64,000 nucleotides of DNA. Origin: Podarcis bocagei. Taxonomy: Eukaryota. The translations under genes were made by a program, and so were the position numbers. This document shows, piece after piece, positions 25,652 to 38,518 of the stretch (the first letter of the stretch is position 1; each line of letters starts with the position of its first letter). The stretch lies in assembly GCA_964188305.1 (NCBI GenBank), contig OZ076893.1; one strand, written 5' to 3'. The notes under the pieces are model-generated. The model did no database searches. It worked only from the letters and a program-made list of their open reading frames with translations, and had not been told where the DNA came from.

Positions 25652-27758
25652 TGCATGGTTAAGGTGCTCATATAGTGGTTGTTATTCTTCTTCCATGGAG
25701 TGAGTTTGTATTCCCAGATTAAGAAGCTGAGCCACAGAGCAATGAGGCTGCACGTGTGGCTTTCAGATGTGCTTGGGTGACATAGCAGTCTTGGTTCCAC
25801 TATAAAAAGTGAATTAGAGGAATATATCTGCAGGCAAAAACAGCACTCAGTGGAAAGTCACTGGGAAAATTAGACAAATTAAGTGTATGTGGGGGGTGGG
25901 GGAGGTGGGGGAAGAGTGCTTTTAACATTTGGATTTAGGTTAAATTTCCATTAATAAGCAGTGGAACTTCATCGCCTGCATTCCTAAGTTGTGATTATAT
26001 ATAGTGAATAAACACTTGCATGCACGTGAAATAGAAAGAATATAGTTTTCCTATGGTGGAAGACAAGATAATCAGCATAAAAGCCCCCTTTAAGCATTAG
26101 TAGAACAGGGGCTAAATAACTTGTGTGGGGGCCACAGGAGATTATGCACCACCCTTCACACCATTGCTGACTCCACTTCTTGTCTTCACATGTTAAATAT
26201 GAAGGTCTGACGGGGGCTTCTAAAGATGTTCAATTTATGGTCAGAAGTGGAGATTGTGGAGACATAGAGATTTGGGGTGGTGGCAGGACTTGTGAGTGCT
26301 ACACCTACATAGATTTATTTAACTCCAGGTCTAATTACGCATGAATGGGGCTCAACAAGTAGTGGAATGCAAGTAATAGTGATAATATACAACCTGCACA
26401 TTCAATCATTTAGAAATGGTATAAGACAAAGCATGTTATCTGAAAGACTGATATTAGACCTGTTTATGTGGAAGGAATGTCCGCTGAGTTCTCTGGTGTC
26501 TATTCCTGTGCAACTTATAGGATTGCAGAGATAGAAGGACTCCTAGTGGCTTGGCCCTTAGCTTTGATTTGCCAACAAACAAATACTTAGGATCGATACA
26601 ACATACTTTCTTCAACACCCACACAACTCAAACCCCTGTGCTGCTCCTTACTGGCAAAGCAGTATAGATTGTCAGTAGGTTCCAGCCTTTTACTCTGATC
26701 CTAAATATTTGCACTAGCATCTCTGACCTCAGTGCTAGAATAAAAGTGCCACACACTGCCCCCACAATACAACACTTTGTTGTGCTAGGTGACATTGATT
26801 TGCTTGCTACACTCTATCTGTCCCAAATGATGAATCCATATGCCAACCTCTGGCTTAACAAGTCAATATAGTTGGGTCATTATGTCCTCTGGAAATAAAA
26901 CCTGAAATTCAATATCAGTCCAATGCATTTTCTCTGGGCAGCTTCTCTACAGTGCCATATACTGCTTTCTGATACTAGTTATCCTAACCTATCCTGGTAG
27001 CCTCCATCATCTCTGACCATTAACCACATTGGCTAGGGCCAATAGGAGTTGGGGGTGCCCAACAACATCTAGAGGGCACCAGGTTGGGGAAGGCAGATGT
27101 AAACAGTGGTGTTCTCTACTATAGTGCCCTAAGCATCGTATCAGGTTTTGATCTTGTTGCATCTTGCATTGTATAGCATCCTGGCTCCTTCTAGGCTGAG
27201 TGCTGAAACTTTGGAAGAGCCTATGCAGAACGTGGCATTAGCAGAGTGCTGACAGGTTCAGACTGCTGTTTTATTTTTGGAAAGTAGCCTACAGCTATTA
27301 TGACTGGCTTTTTGATAGACACTGTGCAGTGCCATTTCAAGGGAGAATGAGCTATAAAAATTCAAGTAGCCCACGGCTTTGGAATTATACTTAATTTTTT
27401 AATGTGTTGTCAAGACAACAGGTGGTAATTTGAAACCGGGTTGACTTACCATCATTTAAAGTGCACTTGTGCCCTCACTTTTCTGCATGGTATTTTTCTG
27501 AAGACATATTTTTTTGTGAGAATTAAGATAACTGGCCACAGAGTGGGCCGAACGTGACAAAAACCCCAGGGATGTGGCTGTGTGGGAGAGCTGGCCTGTG
27601 GGAAGGCATGTCTGCGAAGTACAGAGCATAAGACAGTGAAGGAGTAGGAGAGATCGAGAAAGAGAGGCTGAAGAAGAGAGAGGTTGACACATAAACAGAG
27701 AAAGGAAGAATGACAAGGGAAATGAAGAGAACCGTAGCCACATCTGTAGGATGCTATA

Positions 27759-28033
27759 AAGGTAAAGGGAGCCCTGACCATTAGGTCCAGTCATGATCGA
27801 CTCTGGGGTTACGGCGCTCATCTCGCTTTACTGGCCGAGGGAGCCGGCGTACAGCTTCCGGGTCATGTGGCCAGCATGACTAAGCCGCTTCTGGCGAACC
27901 AGAGCAGTGCACAGAAACGCTGTTTACCTTCCCACCGGCGCAGTACCTATTTATCTACTTGCACTGGTGTGCATTCAAACTGCTAGGTTGGCAGGAGCAG
28001 GGACCGAGCAATGGGAGCTCACCCCATCGCGGC
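27759..28033 (-). mobile_element. Sauria SINE, 5'-truncated
   Basis: Family motifs plus a 9-bp TSD GATGCTATA (27750-58, 28034-42). Confidence 0.92.
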
Positions 28034-29254
28034 GATGCTATACTCTATAACAATTCAATTTAAGGTCTTATTTTATTAATGCAAATAATGCCAACATAAA
28101 AGATTATTTAGGATGCTCGCCAGGGACATTCTTTCAGTAGGACAACGTTACTGTCTCTACAATACTATTCTCTTCGCCACCATCTCCAGTTGTCTTTGTG
28201 ATGGGCAAAGAATCTGGACCCTAAATTCTTGTAATCCTTTTATTGACTTGCACTTACGAGACCAATGGGATCTATTGGTCAAAGCCAACTAAAGCTGTCA
28301 GCTTGCCATTTTATTTCCTGTGTTTTGAACGTCGCCGTGGCCCCTGAAGACATCAGTCACTGGCAGCCAATATTTTATGTTCTCCTGCATGAGCACTTAT
28401 TCCAGTCTCTGGATCTTCAGGAGCTGCTGCGGTAATATGTCTCAGCTAAGGCTGAAAAGAGCCTCAGCCTGCAACTGAATGCAATTTAGGTGCAGTCCAC
28501 ATGCTACAGGCAAGCAGCCAATGTCTGAATCTAACAAACAAAGCTTTGTCCACTGGGAAAGATTAAACCTTTCTTTTTCTCATTTCTTTCCACCACTGCA
28601 GACTAGGGCAAAGCTTTCACAAAGATAGCAAGCCAGTCTATCTTCTGTTTTTAGAGTGGAGATAAAAGGGGCAAGCTAAGCAGTAGGCACAGCTGAAGAA
28701 ATAGAGTGGTTTCAGTGATGTGTTACATCACCATTAAAAAAAAAAAGGTTCCTATCAAGTAAACTATATATATTGCCTAAGGATGGAGACAGACCTAGGA
28801 ACAGCTGGTCCCCCCTCCCACAAAGATGAAGCTCCTTCCCAGCAGGCCATGGTGAAATAGAAACCTAGTTAGTCTCGGACCATAAGAGTTATCAAAGATC
28901 TGCAGAGGTGTATTATGAAGCCTGTAAAGCCTATCAGAGAACAAAAAGAGTCACCAGAATGAAAGATCAGAATGAATGGGGAAACAATGGGTGGAATTCA
29001 GTGCAGTGCTATTATAAGCAATCAATCAGCACAAGCATTTCTGCTTGCCAGGTGGAATGACCCTCCATCTCCTCCCTGTGTGCTGTTCCAGGGGTTCTCC
29101 CAACCCCTCACAGCCAATTTCAGAGGCTTCGGAAACACAGAGAGGTGGAAGAGAGGTGGGGGGGAGCCCATTGCACTTGCACAATGTTTTACGTTGGCTC
29201 CCACAAGCACAATGGTTTTGTTGAATCTGTCCCACAGTGCTTTGTGGCTTAGCA

Positions 29255-29578
29255 CAGGGGTCAGCAAACCTTTTCAGCAGGGGGCTGGTCCACTGTCCCT
29301 CAGACCTTGTGGGGGGCCAAACTATATTTTGAAAAAAAATATGAACAAATTCCTATGCCCCACAAATAACCCAGAGATGCATTTTAAATAATAAAAGCAC
29401 ACATTCTACTCATGTAAAAACACCAGTCAGGCCCCACAAATAACCCAGAAATGCATTTTAAATAAAAGGACACATTCTACTCATGTAAAAACACATAGAT
29501 TCCCAGACCGTCCGCAGGCCAGATTTAGAAGGTGATTGGGCCAGATCTGGCTCCCGGGCCTTAGTTTGCCTACCCATG
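29255..29578. mobile_element. hAT MITE with an internal ~75-bp tandem duplication
   Basis: TIRs CAGGGGTCAGCAAAC / GTTTGCCTACCCATG and a perfect 8-bp TSD GCTTAGCA. Confidence 0.92.
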
Positions 29579-29990
29579 GCTTAGCACCAAAAACACAGAT
29601 CAAAGTGGAGAGGGAACAGAGTGGTTCAGAAACAAATCAGAAGTTCTAAAAATGTACAGATAGAAGCCAAATCTTAGGGCCTGTGCAAAGTCTGCTGGAT
29701 AGTACCTAACAGAGCTTAATTTGAATGTCTGTTACCTCCTTCCACATTCCATCTTAAGTCCTTTATCAGTTGGAGACTTGATGGTTTACCCAGCAGCTAA
29801 TTTTCTCACTCTCTTCCAACCCCTGCCTGGCTTGGCTTATCACAGCTATTTTCGCGACATTTTGTTTGGTCTAATAAAGGGTCTCCCCGGATATGGATTT
29901 TGGAATTCCCCCTAAAACTGCTGAGGAAGGAAAACCATTTCCCAAAGCTTACTATCACAAACCTTATGATAAAAGGAAAAGGCAGAGCAA

Positions 29991-30113
29991 ATGAGTCAGG
30001 GCTTAAATGGCTTTCAGTTTACAGTCTTGACTTCCACAAGTAATGACAAGACCAGGAAGTAAGTTTATGAGTTTCCCAGAATTTCAGGAAGTACCTTAGA
30101 CATAACACTTCCG
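29991..30113. promoter_or_regulatory. Candidate enhancer: AP-1/ETS/STAT motif cluster
   Basis: TGAGTCA 29992, CAGGAAGT 30053 and 30085, TTCCCAGAA 30073, CACTTCCG 30106. Motif evidence only. Confidence 0.3.
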
Positions 30114-32389
30114 CAAGCCATCATCGAGGGGAACATTTCATTCATTGCACCACTGTTTTACATTGTGGAAGCGGATTGAACGGCAGCTGGACTTTTGTGG
30201 GCAAATGATGAAGCATCTCTGTACAAATGAGGAAAGTCTAGTTGAAGTACTACGAGAAGGATGGAGGGTGAAAGTTGCATGCAGGTAAACCATCTTTCGG
30301 TCCTTTTTACCAGTGATCTGGGCAGCCTAGCAACATTTTCTCTGGCCCTACTAACTCAAATGCATACCTGAGCTTTCAGAAAGCAATTTAAAAATTGACT
30401 CTTCACAAAGCCTTTCTGGCTGAGTGGAATGCAGCCGAGTCAGCTGCAACCACAGACAATAATACGGTGACATTTTAAGGGCAATGCTCTAAATGTATCC
30501 CCAACACTCAGGGAGATGGGCTTCAGTCTGGGTCATAGTGACCTGAGGCAACAGACAGTTTCGTCTGAAATACATGCTGTATTAACACTTTCTTGGGATG
30601 GGTTGCACAGACCACAAACACAGTGCAATATCACAGACACCTTGTACTAGTGGATGTTGCAGTGCAGTGATGCTTGGTGTAAATAGATGGCTCTCACATC
30701 TTCCCACTGACCATCAAAAGGCATCTTTTGCCTCATTTCCTCCACACGCAGCGCCTTCCTATCCCACTACAGTTTGGGTTCCACAAAAAAACACACCAAC
30801 AATGTTATTCATTTCTCTGTTCACAACATTGCCTCACTGCCAAATTCAATAGCATAATTCATTATATCATTGTTATGTAATAGCACATCATTCAATGCAG
30901 TGGGGGGGAGGGAAGGGAAGGATCAATAACATATTAAGAAAAAATGACAGTGAATTGGGGAGTGAAGAAAAATGATGGCTGCAAATGCCAATCCTATTCA
31001 CCCATCTGGTTTCCATTCCCGTTTGCAAATGGCCGACGCAATTTCTGGTACCATTTGCCATTTCCATGGGACCTTCAGACATCCCCAGTCTTCCTTCAAT
31101 GTATAGACAATGCTGGCATAGATGGACCAATAAGGCAGCTTCTGCCTCTGCAGCCATTGCAAAAGGAAAATGTCCATCTCTCTCTTCAGCACTGCCCTGA
31201 CTCCCTTTGTCACCTCCAATGGTAGCACAACCTCTGGTGTCTCAAAGTGAGGTTTAAAACAAAGTCCACAGCTGTTAATGTGCCATTAAATCATTGGGAG
31301 GCCCCATGATACCAGCTAAAAGTGGACTCAACTCTTTTTGCAAGTCTTGGTGTACTCTCATATAAAGCATCAAGAAGTCTCAGGTAGGCATGTTTTGATA
31401 CCCACCACAAGCATTTTGGAGCATGCTATTTGGCTGTATGGATTTCAGGCATGAGGTGCTTAGCTCTCTCACACAATTCATGTACTTTTTACAGCTCTCC
31501 ACAAAGCAATGGGAGGGACAGGGGAGAACAGGAAAAGGGCAGGACTGAGGATGTTATGCCAACACATTAATTGCTGATAGTTAAATATCTGGAGGTATGT
31601 GTGTTTTATCAGGTGGGTGTGAAACACTGAGAACAAGGCCACGTTGACACATTGCTGCCCATCCTTTTTCACTTCCCAGTGAGTCATCTCAAAATATCCA
31701 GACAAGCCACTGCGGTGGGATCCATGCCCCGATAGCTGGAAAACAAACTGGGCATGGAAAATCTTCATGCAACAGTTACAATACAAAACTGAGTTAAGAG
31801 CTGGCATCTGACTGTGCGACTTAAACTATCCCTGCCAGAGATAAACTAATTGTGAAGCTGTGATAAGGGCTTTGGAATCCAGGTTTCATGCCCCATCCTC
31901 AAGCTTTGCTCACTGAAAGCTGGGCATTTTATTCCCCTAGGTTACATTATACAAATATATATATTGGAACAGACTCAGAACCTACTTATTAGAACAACAC
32001 TCAGCTCTTTAAAGAAAGAAGACCGAACTCAACCCTAGCCTTGTTTCCTCAACTTCAAGTTAAAAAAGCAATCTCCAGATGGGGAATTGAGGAACTATTT
32101 AGCAGAACTGATTGTGCCCTTGGTCTTCAGAGTGCACTAAGACTAAGCAAAAGAGAGTCCAAAGTTGTTCATTAGAGGTGAAATCTATACATACTATGTA
32201 AGGAAATCACCTTTGAATGATGCCTAGTTCTTGATGATGTGGACTAGGCTACACTACTTTAGACTGCAGGTGCTGCTTATACAGCTAAATAAGAAAAGGA
32301 AGGAAGGAATTTCTACACAGAAAACTAGATGTAATGGATAATGGTTCTAGTCCAGCCTTCTCTCTGACATGTTTTGGAATATATATATA

Positions 32390-32628
32390 GAGAGAGCCAG
32401 CATGGTGTAGTGGTTAAGAATGGTGGACTCGTAATCTGGTGAACCGGGTTCGCGTCCCCACAGCTGCTGGGTGACCCTGGGCCAGTCACACTTCTCTGAA
32501 GTCTCTCAGCCTCACTTACCTCACAGAGTGTTTGTTGTGGGGGGAGGAAGGGAAAGGAGATTGTTAGCCACTTTGAGAGTCCTTAAGGGGAGTGAAAGGT
32601 GGGATATCAAGTCCAAACTCTTCTCTTC
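32390..32628 (+). mobile_element. Squam2-like tRNA SINE
   Basis: A box TGGTGTAGTGG, B box GGTTCGCGTCC, flanked on both sides by (AT)n. Confidence 0.88.
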
Positions 32629-34423
32629 ATATATATATTCATGTGGAATCATTCTGTCACGTTAGCTCTGGAGTCTGAATTTGTACAGCCCAGATGCAAC
32701 TTTCCCATTTCAGTGAAATCCAGGCCTCAGCTACTGACATTTTATAACTCCCTTGGACTGACTCATCTCTGATGAGATGCGGTGATGAAGAACCGCCTTT
32801 ATTTCAGTAAGGGAAGAAATAAATCAACCTTCCGATTGATCCATTCCTTCTCAACAAATGGATTAGTGTATTGATTGGCAAATTGCATTCTCTCTTCTTT
32901 TTAACTCGGTGCATTGTATTGCATCCATTTTGTTATCCCTATTGTTTTTACTGCCTGATGCCACAAGGCAATGTAGTGCAATATGCACTTGACCCAAATA
33001 TTAATCAATGGTACAAGGTTAGGAATATTAGCAATAATGATTATGGTGGATAACCTTCTGCTTTTACACTAATGTACACGCCTCAAAATACAACTTTTAC
33101 TAGAAAATATTTCCAGTTTACAAAGGTATGCTGTCATATAAGACATATTTAATATGGCCAATTTTCCACATATAAGTGTTATATAGATGCATAATTGTAA
33201 TTATCTTTGGTATAGAACTACTGAGTGAAGAGTAGGTAGAATTCAGAGAATTATTACATCTCAATTATACCTTTTCATAGCCTTATCTAAGGACATGTGA
33301 TCAGTAAGGAGCTGGCTATAGTTTTACCTCTGGGATCGAGGAGAATTCAGTTGTTGCTACTTTAGGATGGGCCCATTGAATTAACTGACTTAATGGGACC
33401 TCTGTAGGCAACCTGTGATTTGCCTCCCACGCTAAATCACTTTATGTCAGAATGCTCCATTTGAGATTAATATTCCTTTAAATCTCTTATGTGATGGGTG
33501 GGTATTTAGAGAAACTAAACACAGGTCTATTGCTTGCAGGGAGCAACAGTTGACAAAAAATAATAAGGTATTAAACCAGATACATTGGTATATAAATGCA
33601 TTATTTTTTCTGGAACGATCAACAGGCAGGGGGATTGCTTTTGTTTGACCCTTCCTTTTTGTTCTTCTTTCTTGCAAACATATGATTGAATAAATTCAGG
33701 AAAAGGCTATCAATAGCTTCTGGCAGTCTTGCATAGATAGCTAGTTGGCCATTGTGGGAACAGGATATAGGACTAGATGAGCTGCTGGCTGACTTATCTA
33801 AAAATGATGCATTATTTCATTAAAAATTGCCTTTTTAAGTGAAATACACATGCTCATTCCAACATTACTATGCAATAGCAATGTTTATGTTTCTACCACC
33901 AAATGTCTAACATGGAAGGTTCATCGTCTTAGTTCTGATTAGGACTCACTTGGAATTTTGAGTCAGAGGTTTCAGCAAAGCTCCCCATCCCATATCTTTG
34001 TGCTAGACAGAAATGTGCAAGTCTGACACAAGACAGGAGCAGAATGGGGGGAATTATTTTGCCCATAGGATCTGGCACCAAAATAATTTTAAAACAATTA
34101 TAATTTAACTCTAAACAAGCCTTAGAAACACTGATTTGGTTCAGGATGCAGGTGGAGATCTGACTATTCTCCAAATGAGCTAATTGATTGAGAAAAGTTA
34201 TTACTTAGATCTCCTGAGTATGCTAATGGGAGGCCTATGGAGTTTAAAAGCGTATCGGGTTTCTAAAGAAGATGGTTCTGGACTACGTTTCATACCTGCT
34301 TTGGCAATGTGTTGTTAGATTTATTTGCAAAGAGTCTGGGTGGATTAAAGAGATTCTGTGGTCCCTTGAGGCACTTCATGCAACTCTTTCAAGTGATGAT
34401 TATCACAGCACCCATGTGAGAGC

Positions 34424-34575
34424 CATGGGCATAGCCAGGATTTTTTGTTGGGGGCCAGGACTTTTGTTAGGGTGAAAGAACTGCCGTGATTGGTCAGCTA
34501 GTTAAGTATTTCTATTGTTTCTATTGATCTGGGGTGGGTGGGAGCTGCCCCCCCTGCCCCCTGGCTATGCCCATG
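34424..34575. mobile_element. hAT MITE
   Basis: Perfect 16-bp TIRs CATGGGCATAGCCAGG and a perfect 8-bp TSD GTGAGAGC. Confidence 0.92.
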
Positions 34576-35192
34576 GTGAGAGCCACCTTTCAATGGAGAC
34601 CCACCACCGTTTGTCTTTGTCCAGATGCTGCCCAATTTTCACTACCCTTGTGTTACAATTTTCAGCAGACTGATTGCCATTGAAGTGATTGAGAAACCAG
34701 CTCTTCTGTGCTCATGGTGCATGTAGTGGTGTCAGAGTCCTCTGATAGCAGCTCTGAAGGGAAGATGGATTCATTCCATGGTCTGTCTCAGAGGGAAATA
34801 TAGGCACCAGAACTCTCATCTGCTTCTCTGAACCTTGAGGAGGCACTAGTACTACTCTGATTATTGCTTCACAGATTCCTTAGAGATGATCAGGATATGC
34901 CTGAGCAGCTATCCTACGGCTTCAAACCCTAGAGTCCAGAAGAAGCTAGACGCAGCATGCAGAGAGTAGAGCCTCTATTCCAGAGGTGGGGAATCTCCAG
35001 CCTACAGGCCAGGTATGGCCTGCCAACCCTCCCCACTTGGCCAATGAAGTTTGGGAAGCCACAGCCAACCACCTACCCCTGATATCATGCCTAGATAGCA
35101 TCAGGTGTGGGCCATATTAGGATGGGGCTTCAAATGGGCTCCTGATTGTTCATTTGCTGAAATAAGGAAAGGGATTTTGACAGGTGGTGGGG

Positions 35193-35637
35193 TGTCAGGT
35201 TTAGCACTTCTCTCACACAAGACACGGAACGCTGGCAGTTTTACTAGTTGAGGTTTATTTAGCAATAACAGGCATTCAGCAGTCCAGGCTCTCACAACTC
35301 ATTCCTCACTGTCAGAGTCAGTTGACTCAACTGGCTTCCGGCTCCTCCCAAGGCCAGATATACACTACATCCTCCCCTGCCTCCTGCTGGTCGTCCTTTG
35401 TTCTAATTGCTTGCTCCGCCTCCTACTTCTTGGAGCTCCTCCTCCTCTGGAGCTGAATCCAACCCCTTCCTACCACCTGCCTCCTGCCTCCAGCATCTCT
35501 GTGCTGCTGCGAAAACTTACAGGCAGCATTCCAGAGCGAGAAGGGCTTATCTCACTTTCGTTGTGTGAAAGAATCAAGTTTTCCCCTGCCTCTTGCTCCC
35601 CCCTTCAGACTCCTCTCTGCCGGCCATGTCTCTGACA
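35193..35637 (-). mobile_element. Solo LTR (Ty3/Gypsy-like), 445 bp
   Basis: TGTCAG...CTGACA termini and a perfect 5-bp TSD TGGGG. On the minus strand there is a TATA-like GTATAT (~35360) and an AATAAA (~35255). Confidence 0.85.
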
Positions 35638-36862
35638 TGGGGAGAACTACCTGTCATGTCATGTCATGTCATGTGACATATAGGTGGGTTACCCTGCCCA
35701 CCTGCCAAAGTTGGCCCCTGGAGTGAGACCAGATAAAGATCTGACTCCCCAGAGCCAAAAATATTCCTCACCCCCTGCTCTAGTCAACAAATATCTAGCC
35801 CAGGTTATAAAGTTTTGTCCGTTACTCCAGGACACTGCTAAGACAGCTTGTATGTTCTGCCTCAGCTTTAGGATCAGCTGACACTCTAGTCTCTCTCCAA
35901 GGTAATAATCCTGCCTTGTCTTCCTGTCTGTCTGAAGCCCTGGGACCTTCTCCTTGTTTGGTCCATCACCTGTCCTTGGTGGTGGGCATCCCCATGGATG
36001 GGGACATGAGGGCTGTTTCTTACTATTGAGCAAAGGCAAGGAGAAGATATGCTCTGCAGTAATTTCAGAAGAAGTGGCATCGCACCACTTGTTTGCATAG
36101 GCCTGGAGGAAATAAATGAGGTATATTCAAATGCAAATAGTGTTGGCAGTTTTGTATTTGCTATTTGTTTTCTTCATAAATGCTCTGCGCAAAAGTTACG
36201 GTAATTCACCACTCCCCCACCATGAGAATCGGATTCAGAATAAATAGAGATGACCATTTACTATGTTGGGCTTAAACACTGTAGATATATAAGCATGTGG
36301 AGAGCCAATAAATAAAGAATGTATTTCTACATATAATCAGTATCACAGGCTGCCATCCATAATGCTTGCTTATACATGTAGGATACAAAGAACTAAATTA
36401 ACATAGAATTAAGTGGAGTTTAAAAAAAGAAATCAATTTTTATAAGAAATATGAAATTAGAGTGAGCGTCTGTCAGTTTTTAAATTGCTATTCAATTTTC
36501 AGGATTGAACCAAACCAATTAGAATAAATTAAATTTCAAGCTTGATAGATTTTTTAAAAAACCCAACATTTATTTTAAGAACTGCATTTGGTGATTATTA
36601 CTTTGTGGATGAAATAGCAAAAGAACAATAGTTGAATCAAGGAGCTAACATCTACTATGTCAATGGCAAAGCATATACCACATTTCTGTATTTGCCATTC
36701 TGAAATATTGAATGTGCAGAGAATATTGGACCATACATTTACAACAGCATGCCCTGGATGCTGGGATATTTTGACTTTTCTGCCTGGGTAAATTGAGAAT
36801 CTAACAAGTAATTTCGGAAGTTTGGAAGTCATCGCTATGAAATGTAAAACAACAATTGCACC

Positions 36863-36991
36863 NNNNNNNNNNNNNNNNNNNNNNNNNNNNNNNNNNNNNN
36901 NNNNNNNNNNNNNNNNNNNNNNNNNNNNNNNNNNNNNNNNNNNNNNNNNNNNNNNNNNNNNNNNNNNNNNNNNNNNNNNNNNNNNNNNNNN
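36863..36991. other. Assembly gap (129 N)
   Basis: N run. Confidence 1.
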
Positions 36992-38377
36992 TTTCATTTC
37001 AAATATATTAGAAGTCAAAGGGATACGACATCTAGATATTGATTAAGTAGGAGATAATAGCAAAAAACAAAGCAATCCATGAGGGGAAAGAACCTTTGAA
37101 TGTAGATCCATGAAAGAACACACACTTTGCAATAAAAAGCCCCAAATTCAGTCCCTGGCATATCCACACAGGGGAGGGCAGGATGGACTGAGTGATTATG
37201 TTCCTAACACATTCATTGTTCCCCTTGCTTTTCTGTGTCCTGGCCTCAGGGACTCCAGGGACTGTTCAGTTTCCTGGACCTAAATTTAATCTTTGGGGGC
37301 TTTTGCAGAACTTGTGTCCAGAACTTAGGTAGAAAACAGAAAAAAAAACTTTCAGATCTGATGCGACTTGGTACCTGTACAGCAAAGGATTCCCTCTCCT
37401 CAGACACACCCATTTTGGCAGCGGAATGGAAAGTCCCATAGACGCACAAATCAGCTCATTTCTAATAGATTTGCATAACGTATATACAGCACATGTGAGG
37501 TGGCAAAATCCTCTCTTTTTTTTATCAGCCAGGAGGCAGAGAATGGTGTTGTGCAGAGCCAGAACTCCTTTGTGGCCAATATGATTCATTTTTGTTGGGT
37601 TAAGCTGTCATTGCTAGTCTTTATTTAGCTTCTGATCCTGTGCAAAACAAGCTCCACAATAAAGCGAGTGAGAAGAAGGGGAACAAACTCTCTTTGGTTT
37701 TAAGATTTTAAAAGCCGAGCCAATATCCCAGGGGGCAGCTTATGCTATTTTTCAGGCGCTTTATGACAGTTCTGCTCGAGGTCAAAGTTCAAAGTTTCCC
37801 ATTTTCCTTCTTCAATGTTATCATACCAGTGGTAAGAAAATATATGGATGAAAAGCTCCTATCATCTATTTCCCCCCCTACTGATTAAAAAAAATGGCTA
37901 CAGGCCAAAAAAGAAATAAAAGGTCATTTGCTCCATCCTTCCATTTTCCTGTCTCTGTAGCCACTTCCGTCCTCTTCTCCCGAGGTAATACACTTCCTCA
38001 TGAAATATAAATGTGGGCGGCAGTGGGAGTGGGAGTGAGAATAGAATCAAAAATGGCTTTGCTGTAGCTGTTTTGCAATAGAAAACTCAGTGGTTTTTAA
38101 AAAAATCACTATGGACATGGAGATTCATTATCATTTTGCTTTCTTCTTCATTGAAAAATAAAGAAAGCTTCATATAACTGAAGGGTCCACGCTGGTCTAC
38201 AGTGAAACAATACAATAATGTGCACAAGTGAATTTGGTACCAAAATGGCCAGCATTTAATAGCCCATGAAAACATGCATCTGTCATTTAGAAAATGAGAC
38301 CTACCTGAAATGGGCACATTCCTGTTAAAATTAGCCACATTTCTTACCCCTAATTCATTCCCTACTATATACATCAA

Positions 38378-38518
38378 TGGTTACAGCATGGTGCTGATAA
38401 TGCCAAGGTTGCAAGTTTGATCCTTGTATGGGATAGCTGCATATCCTTGCATTGCCCGGTGGTTGGGCTAGATGATCCTCAGGATCCGTCCCAACTCCAC
38501 AATTCTATGCTTCTATGA
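38378..38518 (+). mobile_element. SINE with a tRNA-Ile-like head and a CR1-type tail
   Basis: GGTGCTGATAATGCCAAGGTTGCAAGTTTGATCC resembles tRNA-Ile. The tail CTAGATGATCCTC..CCAACTC..ATTCTATG repeats resembles a CR1 3' end. Confidence 0.7.

Noticed and set aside
27571-27744. Purine-rich segment bounded by a 9-bp inverted repeat (GATGTGGCT/AGCCACATC)
   Set aside because: No TSD and no second copy in the window; may be chance.
32762-32796. CTGATGA followed by hairpins, a possible hammerhead
   Set aside because: No correctly placed GAAA or stem III; just two short hairpins.
36575-37046. ORFs spanning the N run
   Set aside because: Artefact of the assembly gap.
38378-38435. tRNA-Ile-like sequence
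   Set aside because: Truncated, diverged and fused to a LINE tail; it is a SINE head and not a tRNA gene.
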